Assembly (NCBI GenBank): GCA_964394505.1
Contig: CAYMXR010000001.1
Location: forward strand, 9,878 to 73,877
Length of the DNA stretch: 64,000 nt
Source of the DNA: an uncultured Candidatus Saccharibacteria bacterium
Lineage (GTDB): Bacteria; Patescibacteriota; Minisyncoccia; Phycocordibacterales; PALSA-1337
Reading direction: 5' to 3'
A model generated the notes under the pieces. The model was given only the letters and a program-made list of their open reading frames with translations, did not search any database and was not told the origin of the DNA. Each line of letters starts with the position of its first letter. Position 1 is the first letter of the stretch. This document shows, in pieces, positions 1 to 10,659 of this stretch. The translations under genes and the position numbers were made by a program.

Positions 1-1251
1 AACATCACCTGATGATGTAGCGGTATCAACTGAGCCATTGTCGTTAAAATACTGACTCGGATTGCTGTAAATATCCTGACCACCACCAAGAGACCAATCA
101 ACCTGACTCAAATATCCTTGACCTGTTATCTTCGTCTCGTCATTTCCAGATCTCGAGATTGCGACTGAAACGCCAGATATTGGCAATCCTGTTACGACAT
201 CAGTTACGGACACCATCAAACTATTACCATTTTTTGGTACGACTACCAGTTGAATCTCCTGATTATTATCCGGATTCAGAGAAAAAGGACTATTGGGATT
301 GATACCGGCCACATCATAACTATCATCTCTAGGAGTAAGTGTGTATGTATCCCATTCCATAGAATTGAGGTCGAGAATGCCGCTACTATTCGTAGCCAAT
401 GTTTCTGAATATTTTGAAACCCCAGCACCAATGTTTTTTGCTCCAATCAAATCAAAATCGATATTTGCTATTGGCACACAAAGTGGAGAGACGCTAGATA
501 TTCGAAGAGTGCTCAACTTGTCAATTGCAAAACTAGCCTGACTAACCTGTTGATTCAAAATTGTAACATTTGGTTTGGTTGGGTTTGGATTACCAGCACC
601 ACCAAAAGCAAAAGTCTCTTCGGTCGAATAACCATCTTTTGATACAACTATTTTATACATATTTGTACCAGGTGGTACACCTATGACATTTAAAATTCCG
701 TAATTATTGGTAACATCTGTATTTCTAATAGAAGATGTTGCAACACTTTGTAAATCTACAGTTGCACCCTGAACTGGTTCACCATTTGCATTAAAAACTT
801 GAGCAACAAAAGCACCGCCATTCCCTGCCGACTGAAGATTGGCTGGTGCGATCTGGCCCGTTAAACTAACTGGCTGGAAATTGTGACAAGCTGGGCAATC
901 GACATTTACTTCTACCAATCTTTGACTAGCTTGAACCGTACTTGTTGATAGATTAATGTTTCGTATAACCAGATTAACATCGAAACTTATTCCTCCACGA
1001 GAAACCGTCTTGTTTCTTTCCAAAACACCAACAGGTATTCCATCTGTTAGACCGATATTTAGATACGGCATATTTCTAACGATCTCAAGTTGCTCAGACG
1101 CCAATTGTACCGCTAGAGTTCTAGCTTGATTTCCACTTGCAAGCTTGATCAGGTTTGTGAAAGAACTATAAATAGCAACTGCAACAATAAGAAAAATGGC
1201 TGAGCCAACCAAGACTTCCATAAGTGTAAAACCGTTAGTATTTCTTTTCAT
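1..1251 (-). CDS. Prepilin-type N-terminal cleavage/methylation domain protein (large minor pilin with beta-rich domains); 3' end runs off the window
   Basis: Not in ORF track. Manual translation from ATG 1251: MKRNTNGFTLMEVLVGSAIFLIVAVAIYSSF (class III signal G|FTLxE). Reads open to base 1; lies downstream of pilB/pilC. Confidence 0.85.
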   Translation of the reverse strand, partial: MKRNTNGFTLMEVLVGSAIFLIVAVAIYSSFTNLIKLASGNQARTLAVQLASEQLEIVRNMPYLNIGLTDGIPVGVLERNKTVSRGGISFDVNLVIRNINLSTSTVQASQRLVEVNVDCPACHNFQPVSLTGQIAPANLQSAGNGGAFVAQVFNANGEPVQGATVDLQSVATSSIRNTDVTNNYGILNVIGVPPGTNMYKIVVSKDGYSTEETFAFGGAGNPNPTKPNVTILNQQVSQASFAIDKLSTLRISSVSPLCVPIANIDFDLIGAKNIGAGVSKYSETLATNSSGILDLNSMEWDTYTLTPRDDSYDVAGINPNSPFSLNPDNNQEIQLVVVPKNGNSLMVSVTDVVTGLPISGVSVAISRSGNDETKITGQGYLSQVDWSLGGGQDIYSNPSQYFNDNGSVDTATSSGDV

Positions 1252-1411
1252 TTTGTTTATTATAGCAATCCCTAATGATCAATGCTCAATAACCCCTTCT
1301 TCGCTCTCCGCTTCGCTACGAGCTTCCTCCTTCGCTAAAGCTTCGGAAGGACAGGTCTACGGGCAAGCAAGTGAATCGCAGCGTGCTTAATTGGAAATTG
1401 AAAATTAATCA

Positions 1412-2629
1412 TTACATCGCATCCACCAAAGAATACATCGGTTGAATCATTGAAATTGCAAAAAATCCTACTGCCCCGCCAATGACCAAGATCAATATCG
1501 GCTCGATAATTGTAGACATATCTTTTGTTTTTTGGTTTACATCTTCCTCAAAATATTTTGCTACGCCCATTAACATTTCTCCAGTTTTACCTGTTTCTTC
1601 ACCAACACTCATCATTTCAACAAAGAAAATAGGATAATATTTCGTATACTCAGCAAATGTTTTTGACATCAATTCACCATTTTTGATAGCAAGAGAGGCT
1701 TTTTCCAAAGCTTTTTGAAAATAAATATTCTGAACAACCCTTGAAGTGATATTGACTGATTCGACTACATCTACTCCAGAACTGAGCAAAGAAGACATTG
1801 TTCTAGCAGTACGGGCAGTGTTAACTTCTTGCACCAAAGTTCCGATGACGGGAATCTTGAGTAAAAAAGCATGGATTGCCATTTTTCCGGAAGTCTTGCG
1901 CGCCCACCAGGATATAACTCCGATGACGGATAGTACAACAGCAAGAACAACCAAACCGTGATCCCTAACAAGATTACTTATAATCAAAACCACCTGGGTA
2001 GTTGCAGGTAATTTGACATGAAGATCGGTAAAAGTCTTGAGCAAAGTCGGAATAACAAACATAAACATGAGTATCGCAATGATGATCATCGCTATCAAGA
2101 TAACCGCTGGGTACATGAGCGCACCTCTGATCCTTTTGTCCAGAGTATATGCACTATCCATCTGTGAGGCTACAATAGCAAGAGAATCTGCCAAAGTTCC
2201 AGATTGCTCTCCAGCATGGACCATAGCAATGAATAGGTTTGAAAATACTTTTGGATGTTTGGACAAAGAATCAGCAAGAGTAACTCCTTTATCAACTTCC
2301 TGAATAACATCAGATATCACAGTTTTGAATACTGGATTCTTTGTCTGTTTCTCCAAAACAACAAGAGCTCTCGAAAGAGCCAAACCGGCCGATAACATCG
2401 CCCCTAGATTTCTAGCAAAATTTATCTTTTCAATAGTCTTGACCCTGCTCAACATAGAGATAGTCAAGTTGAGATGGATGCCTTTTCCATTTGATTTTTC
2501 TTTGTATTCTACAACTTCATCACCTTGACTACGAAGTAATTTGTACAATTCATAATGATCAGAAGCATCTCGCTCCCCTTTGTATATCTCTCCTGATATT
2601 TTTTTTGCTTTGAAAATAAAGTGGGACAT
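1412..2629 (-). CDS. pilC: Type IV pilus inner-membrane platform protein PilC/GspF
   Basis: Two T2SSF repeats (AMVHAGEQSGTL, MMSVGEETGK, IIEPILILVIG). Confidence 0.95.
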   Translation of the reverse strand: MSHFIFKAKKISGEIYKGERDASDHYELYKLLRSQGDEVVEYKEKSNGKGIHLNLTISMLSRVKTIEKINFARNLGAMLSAGLALSRALVVLEKQTKNPVFKTVISDVIQEVDKGVTLADSLSKHPKVFSNLFIAMVHAGEQSGTLADSLAIVASQMDSAYTLDKRIRGALMYPAVILIAMIIIAILMFMFVIPTLLKTFTDLHVKLPATTQVVLIISNLVRDHGLVVLAVVLSVIGVISWWARKTSGKMAIHAFLLKIPVIGTLVQEVNTARTARTMSSLLSSGVDVVESVNITSRVVQNIYFQKALEKASLAIKNGELMSKTFAEYTKYYPIFFVEMMSVGEETGKTGEMLMGVAKYFEEDVNQKTKDMSTIIEPILILVIGGAVGFFAISMIQPMYSLVDAM

Positions 2630-2745
2630 GATAGTGAAAAATTATAAGTGCAAAGTGAAAATTTAGATCTATAAATTTCAAATCAGTTTCAATCTTAAAT
2701 CTAAAATCTAAACTGATACCCGAACAAAACTCCTCAATCTCACAA

Positions 2746-4494
2746 CTAATCTGTAATCACACGCAAAACTTCTTCGATCGTAGTCAAACCTTGAACACAT
2801 TTGAATATACCGTCTTCCAACATGGTCAACATCCCCTCTTTTTTGGCTTGTTCTTCTATTTCACTCGAGGTTGCATTTTTCATGATCAAATTCTTGATTG
2901 ATTGGGTCATAGTCAAAACTTCGTGAATACCGACGCGACTCTTGAAACCATCATCGTCTGGTCCTGGTACAGCTTTCCAAAAAGATATTCTATCCCAATT
3001 ATCAGATGGCTTTATTATCTTCCCAGCCTTAAGCGCAGCTAAAACCCTATCGAGATCAACAATCTTTCCCAATTGAGCAAATTCATCCTTGGTCAATTTG
3101 TATTCTTGTTTGAGATCAGACAACCGACGTACCAATCGTTGGCCGATAACCACATCGAGAGTAGAAACCAAAAGAAATGGCTCAACTTTCATATCCAAAA
3201 GACGAGGAATCGCGCCAGCAGCAGAGTTTGTGTGTAAAGTAGAAAGAACCAAGTGTCCAGTAAGAGCCGCGTTTATAGCTAGTGCCGCTGTTTCATTGTC
3301 TCGAATCTCTCCTACCATGATCACATCTGGGTCTTGTCTAACCAAAGTTCGTATACCTTGAGGAAATGAAAAACCGATCTCTGGTCGAACTTGAGTCTGG
3401 TTTATCCGAGCCATCTGGTATTCGATAGGATCTTCTATTGTCGAAATATTAACATCCGGAGTATTCAAAATATCTAACATTGTATACAAAGTAGTAGTTT
3501 TTCCAGAACCAGTGGGGCCCGTCATGAGAATCATGCCTGTGGTTTTTTTCAGCACTTTATGAATAGCTTCAAGTCCTTCCCCATGAAAATTGAGATACTC
3601 CAAAGTAAAACCAGATATACTTTCGCGCAAAAGACGCATAACTATCTTTTCTCCATAATAAGTAGGCAGTATCGATACACGGAAAGAAACTTTTTCATCA
3701 CTCATGTCCACTTTGAAACGACCATCTTGAGGTAAACGCTTTTCATCGAGTTTCAAATTTGCCAATACCTTGATCCTAGCCGAAACCGATGGACCAGCCT
3801 GTTTTGGAAGCACCATCGCATCATGCAACAAGCCATCGATCCTGTACCTTATCAAAACCTGTTCTTCCATTGGCTCAATGTGAATATCGGATGCGTTTTG
3901 TAAAATTGCATGCTTAATGAGTGTGTCAACTATGCGGACGACTGGTAAATCTTCGGCAATCTTTTTTAGATCGGCCTCTGTGGCGTTTTCTCCACTTTCC
4001 TCAGAGATCATCTTGAGCGATGCTGTCTCTTTTTGGATTAGATCACCGAATTCTGCTTTTAGACTTTTCTGATATTGAACCAAAACTTCCTTGATCGAAT
4101 CCGAATCAGTCAGACGAGGCAAAATCTTTAGATTGACTTTCTTTTTAATAAAATCAATAGCCGAAAGGTCATTTACATCAAGCATTGCAACTTCCAAAGC
4201 AACATCGGTTTTTTTGAAAGCGACGATATTGTGAGCTCTTGCAATAGGTTCTGGAATAAGAGTTAATGTTTCAAAAGGTAGTTTTTTGCCTTTAAGATCA
4301 ACAAAAGGAATACCCAAACCATAGGCTTGCATTCGGCGGAGATTGTCGGCACTGATCTTGCCAGAAGTGACCAAAACATCTCCAAATGGTTTCTTTTTCG
4401 ACTCGCTTTCTTTCTTTGCGTCCAAAAGATCCTCTTTGCTTACCAAGCCAGAGTCGAGAATAAATTTATATAATTGGGTATCTTCAACGAGCAT
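2746..4494 (-). CDS. pilB: Type IV pilus assembly ATPase PilB/GspE
   Basis: ASDIHIEP, RLPQDGR, Walker A GPTGSGKT, RQDPDVIMVGEIRD, LSTLHTN. ATG 4494 preferred because TATAAT lies 7 nt upstream. Confidence 0.95.
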   Translation of the reverse strand: MLVEDTQLYKFILDSGLVSKEDLLDAKKESESKKKPFGDVLVTSGKISADNLRRMQAYGLGIPFVDLKGKKLPFETLTLIPEPIARAHNIVAFKKTDVALEVAMLDVNDLSAIDFIKKKVNLKILPRLTDSDSIKEVLVQYQKSLKAEFGDLIQKETASLKMISEESGENATEADLKKIAEDLPVVRIVDTLIKHAILQNASDIHIEPMEEQVLIRYRIDGLLHDAMVLPKQAGPSVSARIKVLANLKLDEKRLPQDGRFKVDMSDEKVSFRVSILPTYYGEKIVMRLLRESISGFTLEYLNFHGEGLEAIHKVLKKTTGMILMTGPTGSGKTTTLYTMLDILNTPDVNISTIEDPIEYQMARINQTQVRPEIGFSFPQGIRTLVRQDPDVIMVGEIRDNETAALAINAALTGHLVLSTLHTNSAAGAIPRLLDMKVEPFLLVSTLDVVIGQRLVRRLSDLKQEYKLTKDEFAQLGKIVDLDRVLAALKAGKIIKPSDNWDRISFWKAVPGPDDDGFKSRVGIHEVLTMTQSIKNLIMKNATSSEIEEQAKKEGMLTMLEDGIFKCVQGLTTIEEVLRVITD

Positions 4495-4707
4495 TAGGTT
4501 AATTATAATGCTATAAAACTTTTTAGTCCAATAGTTGTAAATTACCAATTTTCAATTATCAATAACCCCTACTACGCTCGCTAATCGCGAGCTTCGCAGG
4601 GCAGGCAATGATCAATCAAACACACTGCGATTCACTTGCTTGCCCTTCGTAGCCCCGAGTTTTTATCGAGGGGCGTAGAAGGGAAAATTGATAATTATTT
4701 AAACCAT

Positions 4708-4736
4708 TTGCACGCATTTGACAGTCATGCTATACT
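4708..4736 (+). promoter_or_regulatory. Sigma70-type promoter upstream of nusA
   Basis: TTGCAC-17 nt-TATACT with extended TG. Confidence 0.6.
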
Positions 4737-4952
4737 ATTGTCGTCAAGTAACTGTTCGCCCACCGGCGAACATGTTTGTTAAAAGGGAGAATGTTTAGTG
4801 CAAAGTGTAAAGTTTTAGTTAATAGTTGATATTTATTATATTAAAATACTATACTGACTCAAAAAACTTAACGCCTTTCCACCACAACTTTGCATTTTAC
4901 ACTTTGCACTTTTCACTTACAATACAATTTAATAAAAACTAAATATAAGAAC

Positions 4953-6113
4953 ATGTTTGATCTAAAAGTAATTAATTCAGTAGTTCAACAATTAGAAGAA
5001 GAACGAGGTATTCCAAAAGAAAAGACACTGGAAGCCATCTCCATGGCCTTTGCTACTGCTTACAAAAAAGAATACGGCAAGAAAGGCCAGATTATTCGCG
5101 CTTCATTTGACCAAAACTCTGGTGCTGTTGAATTTTGGCAGGTAAAGATAGTAGTTGACCATGATCAAGTGATCATGGAAGGCGATGAAGATACTCAAGA
5201 AAATCTCAAAGAGACTGCCGTAGAAGACATCAAGATCCGCTTCAACCCAGAACAACACATTTTCATCGAAGATGCGCGCAAGATAAAGAGAGAAGCGATC
5301 ATCGGTGATGAATTGGTTTTTCCACTTGAGACAAAAGCTGATTTTGGTCGCATCGCCGCTCAGACAGCAAAACAAATCATCATCCAAAAGATTCGCGAGG
5401 CTGAAAAAGTCTCGGTTATGAGCGAATACGGCCAAAAAGAAGGTGAAATTGTCGCTGGAATAGTCGAAAGAGTCGAAAGGGGTGTCATATATATAGATAT
5501 GGGACGAGCGATTGGTGTTATTCCTTACGAAGAACAGATCCCTAGCGAACATTGGAAAACTGGTGACCGTATTCGCGCCTATCTCTTTGCCGTTGAAGAG
5601 ACACCAAAAGGCATTGTCCTCAAGCTTTCTCGCGCTCATCCAAAATTCCTCGCAAAACTATTTGAAACAGAGACCCCAGAGATTGCCTCCGGTGTTGTTG
5701 AGATCAAAAATGTTGCCCGAGAAGCAGGATCGAGATCGAAGATTGCAGTTATTTCTCATGATTCACATATCGATCCGATCGGATCCATGGTTGGTCAAAG
5801 AGGTGTACGCGTAACAACAGTTACCAGCGAGCTTTCTGGTGAAAAGATAGATATTGTCGAATGGAATGAGGATCCTGCTCTATTTATTGAGGAAGCCCTC
5901 TCTCCTGCCGAAGTTGTTTCTCTAGAATTAGATGAAAAAGAACATCGAGCTATAGTTACCGTCACCGAAGATGAGCAATCATTAGCAATCGGTAAGGGTG
6001 GCCAAAATGTCCGCCTTGCCGCCAAACTCACCGGCTGGAAGATTGATATCAAGTCAATTGGAGGAATAGAAGAGTTGGATTTACCTGAGAATGCTGAAGG
6101 TGTAGAGAAATAG
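4953..6113 (+). CDS. nusA: Transcription factor NusA
   Basis: FGRIAAQTAKQ, S1 and KH domains (AREAGSRSKIAV, AIGKGGQNVRLAAKLTGWKIDI). Confidence 0.97.
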   Translation: MFDLKVINSVVQQLEEERGIPKEKTLEAISMAFATAYKKEYGKKGQIIRASFDQNSGAVEFWQVKIVVDHDQVIMEGDEDTQENLKETAVEDIKIRFNPEQHIFIEDARKIKREAIIGDELVFPLETKADFGRIAAQTAKQIIIQKIREAEKVSVMSEYGQKEGEIVAGIVERVERGVIYIDMGRAIGVIPYEEQIPSEHWKTGDRIRAYLFAVEETPKGIVLKLSRAHPKFLAKLFETETPEIASGVVEIKNVAREAGSRSKIAVISHDSHIDPIGSMVGQRGVRVTTVTSELSGEKIDIVEWNEDPALFIEEALSPAEVVSLELDEKEHRAIVTVTEDEQSLAIGKGGQNVRLAAKLTGWKIDIKSIGGIEELDLPENAEGVEK

Positions 6114-6192
6114 ACTACTAAGGGTTTTTATCTCGAGTTTTTATCGAGAGAACCCTCAGGGTTGAGCCGTGAAATTAGAATAATTGGAATTA

Positions 6193-6228
6193 AACAAAAC
6201 CCCTCGACTACTCTCGGGGTTTTGTTTT
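6193..6228. terminator. Bidirectional intrinsic terminator built on a CTCGA..CTCG palindrome
   Basis: aacaaaacccc-tcgactactctc-ggggttttgtt between convergent genes. Confidence 0.65.
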
Positions 6229-6654
6229 GGAAGACAAGATAATATTTACCTTCTCTTTGAGTTTTTCAAACTCAATAAGATCAACTTTTTTATTGTCTAC
6301 ATTCTGAACATATTCCAATCCAACCTTCAGGTCCTCTCGAAACTGATCAAGGATTGCACCAGTTTGTACTCTAATTATTTCTTTTAATTCATCGAATTTT
6401 TTGTCTACATCGTTAAATCTTTTGTCTATACCACTCAGTCTCTTGTCTATACCACCCAATCTAATATCAATACCATCTAATCTTTGCTCTATAACATTGA
6501 ATCTTTTATCAATAACATCGAATCTTTTACCATTTGTGTCGAACCTTGATCCTGTTTCGTCTCTAAAATCGCGCATCTCTGCCACGAAATCATTGAAATC
6601 TCTTTTGGAGACATAATCTAATAATTGGTGCTTTGGTATTTGGATTGTAGTCAT
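6208..6654 (-). CDS. Hypothetical heptad-repeat coiled-coil protein
   Basis: Repeated RF/LDxID/EK-type heptads. Confidence 0.75.
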   Translation of the reverse strand: MTTIQIPKHQLLDYVSKRDFNDFVAEMRDFRDETGSRFDTNGKRFDVIDKRFNVIEQRLDGIDIRLGGIDKRLSGIDKRFNDVDKKFDELKEIIRVQTGAILDQFREDLKVGLEYVQNVDNKKVDLIEFEKLKEKVNIILSSKTKPRE

Positions 6655-6816
6655 TTATTTATTACATTTAGCTATTAACTTATCCATTCTGGCAACAAGT
6701 CGCGTCTCAAAACCTTGCAAAAACTTTATGTGTTCTTGCTTCATTTCTTTTAACTGAATATCAACTTGTTTTCTAAATTCAATTAATTTATCTTCTGTTG
6801 ATTCTGTTTTTGACAT
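6655..6816 (-). CDS. Small 53-aa helical protein coupled to the coiled-coil gene
   Basis: MSKTESTEDKLIELRKQVDIQLKEMKQEHIKFLQGFETRLVARMDKLIAKCNK; its TAA abuts the next ATG (TAAATG). Below the ORF-track cutoff. Confidence 0.6.
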   Translation of the reverse strand: MSKTESTEDKLIEFRKQVDIQLKEMKQEHIKFLQGFETRLVARMDKLIAKCNK

Positions 6817-7154
6817 TGTTTTAAATATACATTAATTCTCTGCCCTACCTCGTGCATAAGAGGAGAACAAAAAAATTTGTGAGTAAGTGGCAGGTGGAGT
6901 AATTATACCACCCCCAACTTTTTTGCAATCTATTCAAAGAAAAAATTTTGTTGGGTGGTGAGGGAAATAAAATTGGACCAATAATTAAAATGAAATTTAG
7001 TGCTTAGGCAATCATCGGAAGACACAAAAAAGTAGTTGTCAATACTGCAAAAGCCATTATTTCTGCTAGAATCTCGCATATTGTTAGTAGTCGTGGTGAT
7101 CTAGAGGGGTATCGTTAGTTTATTACAAAATATTAATTAACCATTTACAATAAA

Positions 7155-9140
7155 ATGCAATCGTCAGAAATTTTTGCTCTTGTCGCCTCAATTGTAGCCA
7201 TTGTTTACGGCATTTTCTTGATCACATCGATCATGAAGAAGTCCGCAGGCAACGAAAGGATGCAGGAGATCGCCGGAGCTATCCAAGCAGGTGCCAAAGC
7301 TTATCTAAATAGGCAATACCGCACAATTACTATGATAGCTGTTGTTCTGTTCATAGTTTTGTGGATTTTCCTTGGTATTGAGATCGGTATCGGTTTTATT
7401 CTTGGAGCAGTACTCTCTGCTCTAGCTGGATATATCGGCATGAATGTCTCAGTTAGAACAAATGTTCGTACAGCCGAAGCTGCTAGACATGGACTAGGAG
7501 CAGCCCTCTCTCTCGCCTTCAAAGGCGGAGCCGTTACCGGCCTTCTAGTAGTTGGCCTTGCACTTCTTGGTGTTACCGTTTTTTATTCTGTAACTGGAAG
7601 CGTCGAGTCCCTCATTGGCCTTGCTTTTGGTTCAAGCCTTATCTCTGTTTTTGCTCGTCTCGGTGGAGGTATATTCACAAAGGCTGCCGATGTTGGTACT
7701 GACCTAGTAGGCAAAGTCGAAGCTGGTATCCCAGAAGACGATCCAAGAAATCCAGGCGTTATCGCTGACAATGTCGGAGACAATGTTGGTGATTGTGCAG
7801 GTATGGCCGCCGATCTATTTGAGACTTACGCTGTTACAACCATTGCCGCTATGATGCTCGGTGCTGTGCTATTCGAAGGATTCGAAGGTGCTATCTTATA
7901 CCCTCTTGCTTTGGGCGCAATAGCAATATTTGCTTCAATCATAGGTACATGGTTTGTAAAACTAGGTAAATCCCAAAACATCATGGGTGCCATGTACAAA
8001 GGTCTCATTGTTGCTGGGGTACTTGCTGGTATTGCATTCTACCCAGTTACAAATGTGATGATGAAAACCAATGGTACATATAGTGTTCTAGATCTATTTG
8101 CCACAACCCTCATCGGTCTTATTGTCACCGCCCTTCTAGTAGTTATTACCGAGTACTACACATCGACCAAGTACAAACCCGTCCAATCAATCGCCGAAGC
8201 TTCAAATTCTGGACATGGTACAAACATTATCCAGGGTCTTGCTATCTCAATGAAAGCAACCGCATGGCCTCTCATTACTATCGTCGCCGGAATTCTAGCC
8301 GCTTACCATTTCGCTGGACTCTACGGTATCGCTATCGCTGCTATGAGTATGCTTTCTATGGCAGGAATCATCGTAGCAATTGATGCTTATGGACCAATTA
8401 CCGATAACGCTGGCGGTATTGCCGAGATGTCCAATCTTCCAAAAGAAGTTCGCGATGTCACCGATCCTCTAGATGCTGTCGGTAACACAACCAAAGCCGT
8501 AACAAAAGGCTACGCTATTGGTTCTGCCGGACTCGCCGCTTTGGTGCTCTTTGCATCATATACAGAAGAGATCGGTCAGACTGTTATATTTAGCCTGAGT
8601 GATCCAAAAGTTATCGTCGGTCTATTCATCGGAGGGCTTTTACCATATTACTTCGCTGCTTTGTGCATGGAAGCTGTAGGCAAAGCCGCAGGCAAAGTAG
8701 TAGACGAAGTTCGTCGCCAATTCCGCGAAATCAAGGGAATTATGCAAGGTACAGCAAAACCAGACTATGCTCGCTGTGTTGATATCGTGACAAGTGGTGC
8801 AATAAAAGAGATGGTTGCTCCAGCACTCATCCCTGTTCTTGCCCCTATCCTAGTTGGATTTATCCTCGGTCCAATCGCTCTTGGAGGTCTCTTGGTAGGT
8901 TCAATCATCACTGGTCTATTCGTTGCAATCTCTATGACTTCTGGTGGTGGTGCTTGGGATAATGCAAAGAAACATATCGAACAAGGCAATCACGGAGGAA
9001 AAGGCTCTGACGCTCACAAAGCTGCGGTTACAGGAGACACCGTCGGTGATCCATACAAAGATACCGCTGGTCCCGCAATAAACCCAATGATCAAGATCTT
9101 GAACATTGTAGCCCTACTTATTGTTGCGTTCTTGATCTAA
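7155..9140 (+). CDS. hppA: Membrane-bound H+-translocating pyrophosphatase, K+-independent type
   Basis: [26 protein letters not shown] (Lys = K+-independent signature), [10 protein letters not shown]. Confidence 0.95.
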   Translation: MQSSEIFALVASIVAIVYGIFLITSIMKKSAGNERMQEIAGAIQAGAKAYLNRQYRTITMIAVVLFIVLWIFLGIEIGIGFILGAVLSALAGYIGMNVSVRTNVRTAEAARHGLGAALSLAFKGGAVTGLLVVGLALLGVTVFYSVTGSVESLIGLAFGSSLISVFARLGGGIFTKAADVGTDLVGKVEAGIPEDDPRNPGVIADNVGDNVGDCAGMAADLFETYAVTTIAAMMLGAVLFEGFEGAILYPLALGAIAIFASIIGTWFVKLGKSQNIMGAMYKGLIVAGVLAGIAFYPVTNVMMKTNGTYSVLDLFATTLIGLIVTALLVVITEYYTSTKYKPVQSIAEASNSGHGTNIIQGLAISMKATAWPLITIVAGILAAYHFAGLYGIAIAAMSMLSMAGIIVAIDAYGPITDNAGGIAEMSNLPKEVRDVTDPLDAVGNTTKAVTKGYAIGSAGLAALVLFASYTEEIGQTVIFSLSDPKVIVGLFIGGLLPYYFAALCMEAVGKAAGKVVDEVRRQFREIKGIMQGTAKPDYARCVDIVTSGAIKEMVAPALIPVLAPILVGFILGPIALGGLLVGSIITGLFVAISMTSGGGAWDNAKKHIEQGNHGGKGSDAHKAAVTGDTVGDPYKDTAGPAINPMIKILNIVALLIVAFLI

Positions 9141-9306
9141 ATCAAAACCTCAATCAATCTGTGGTGTTGCTAGTGAACAAAGTTAGGTCTAGAAATAATC
9201 GTATTATTCAAAAATGTACCTCGATAAATACTCGAGGGCATTTTTGTTTTGATTTAATGCTATAATAGTTCACATAGTTATAGATTATATTTAATTTAAA
9301 ATAAAC

Positions 9307-10176
9307 ATGTTTAAAATAAAAAACTTATATTTAGTGTTATGCGCTATTATCTTCGTCTTCTTTGTTTCCCTTCAAACCTCAAAAGCTCAGACCACTACCG
9401 ATTCAGCTCGTCCAACCAATGACCCTGCAAATTTGCGAGAAAAAATCAGGGCCGATGTCGACGCAAAGATTCAAAACATAAAGGCAAATCAAGAAACTAG
9501 AAATCAAATTATCGAAAAAGCTCGACTGTCTTCCACAACACCGAGAAATATTCCTCTCCAAAATAAAATTGAACAAAAAGTCGAAAAGCGAATAGAACAA
9601 AAGATTGAAAATAGAAATGATGATCGACTAGTAAAATGTTCAGACTCAACAAATCCAAACGAAAAATGTTTTCGTCCTGAAATTAAACCAAAAGAAAGAG
9701 AAGGTTACGAAGATAATGGTCGATCCATGCAAGTTAAAATTCTCAAAGAAAGAAAAGAAGTGGCTACAAAACAACTAAATATTGCCATTAAAAATTTGGA
9801 GGAACTCCGAAAGCGTATTGGTTCCAGAATGGAAAAGGACCGATTGGTCAATGAAGATATGAGCGCAATATCAGGATTAATTAAAATCGCAGATGCAAAG
9901 ATAGTCCTTGCCAAAGAAGCTGTAGCAAAACTTCGTTCTTATCAACCGATCGCAACAAGTACCAGTGCCACAACCACAGTCAACCTTGTTCGGGTTCGTG
10001 AACTTATGGATAATGCTCAAGTGGCCATAAAAGAAGCTCATCGTGCGCTGACTGACGTAGTAGTTGCTTTGGCAAAATTATCGGGCGTCAATGGAGCAAG
10101 AACAGCATCATCTACTTCCCCTAGAAACACTATCCTTCCGTCTCCTGTGACATCAATTCCACCTAGCACAAATTAA
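9307..10176 (+). CDS. Secreted coiled-coil hypothetical protein
   Basis: Signal peptide, charged helical body, S/T/P-rich tail. Confidence 0.7.
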   Translation: MFKIKNLYLVLCAIIFVFFVSLQTSKAQTTTDSARPTNDPANLREKIRADVDAKIQNIKANQETRNQIIEKARLSSTTPRNIPLQNKIEQKVEKRIEQKIENRNDDRLVKCSDSTNPNEKCFRPEIKPKEREGYEDNGRSMQVKILKERKEVATKQLNIAIKNLEELRKRIGSRMEKDRLVNEDMSAISGLIKIADAKIVLAKEAVAKLRSYQPIATSTSATTTVNLVRVRELMDNAQVAIKEAHRALTDVVVALAKLSGVNGARTASSTSPRNTILPSPVTSIPPSTN

Positions 10177-10196
10177 TAACAATAATAATTAATCCT

Positions 10197-10559
10197 ATGG
10201 ATCAAGCAAACCAATTTACACCGGCCAATAATTTACCAAACAATACCCCACCATCTGCTCAAATACCTAGTGTTTTCCCTGACGAAAAAAAACCAAAAAA
10301 GATCGGCCCAATTATTGCTGTTCTTGTTGCTATCTTGATAATAGTCATAGTCTCACTATACCTAGTTGCTTCCAAAACCAGTCGAGGTGATACTGATTAT
10401 CAATCTGATCTAAACACTAATCCAATCTCAACCGATATTATTTCTACAGATGAAACACCACAAGAAATAAATCCAATATCAAATACCGCCGACGATATCG
10501 ATTCGTTACAAGCGGATCTAGAGCAAGCCATAAGTGGACTGGATTCTCAAAATATATAA
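10197..10559 (+). CDS. Single-pass membrane hypothetical protein
   Basis: Pro-rich N-terminus, one TM helix, acidic C-terminus. Confidence 0.7.
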   Translation: MDQANQFTPANNLPNNTPPSAQIPSVFPDEKKPKKIGPIIAVLVAILIIVIVSLYLVASKTSRGDTDYQSDLNTNPISTDIISTDETPQEINPISNTADDIDSLQADLEQAISGLDSQNI

Positions 10560-10589
10560 CAAGGTCACCGATAAGAGATGGTGGCTTAC

Positions 10590-10622
10590 AAAATCGCCCA
10601 CGATGTGATCATGGGCGATTTT
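10590..10622 (+). terminator. Intrinsic terminator
   Basis: aaaatcgccca...tgggcgatttt hairpin. Confidence 0.65.
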
Positions 10623-10659
10623 GCTTGCCAACTTCTATCACTTTCGCTAGACTGGCGAA

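Noticed and set aside
6390-6545. 21-bp periodic repeats as a CRISPR array
   Set aside because: They encode protein heptads; there are no unique spacers or cas genes
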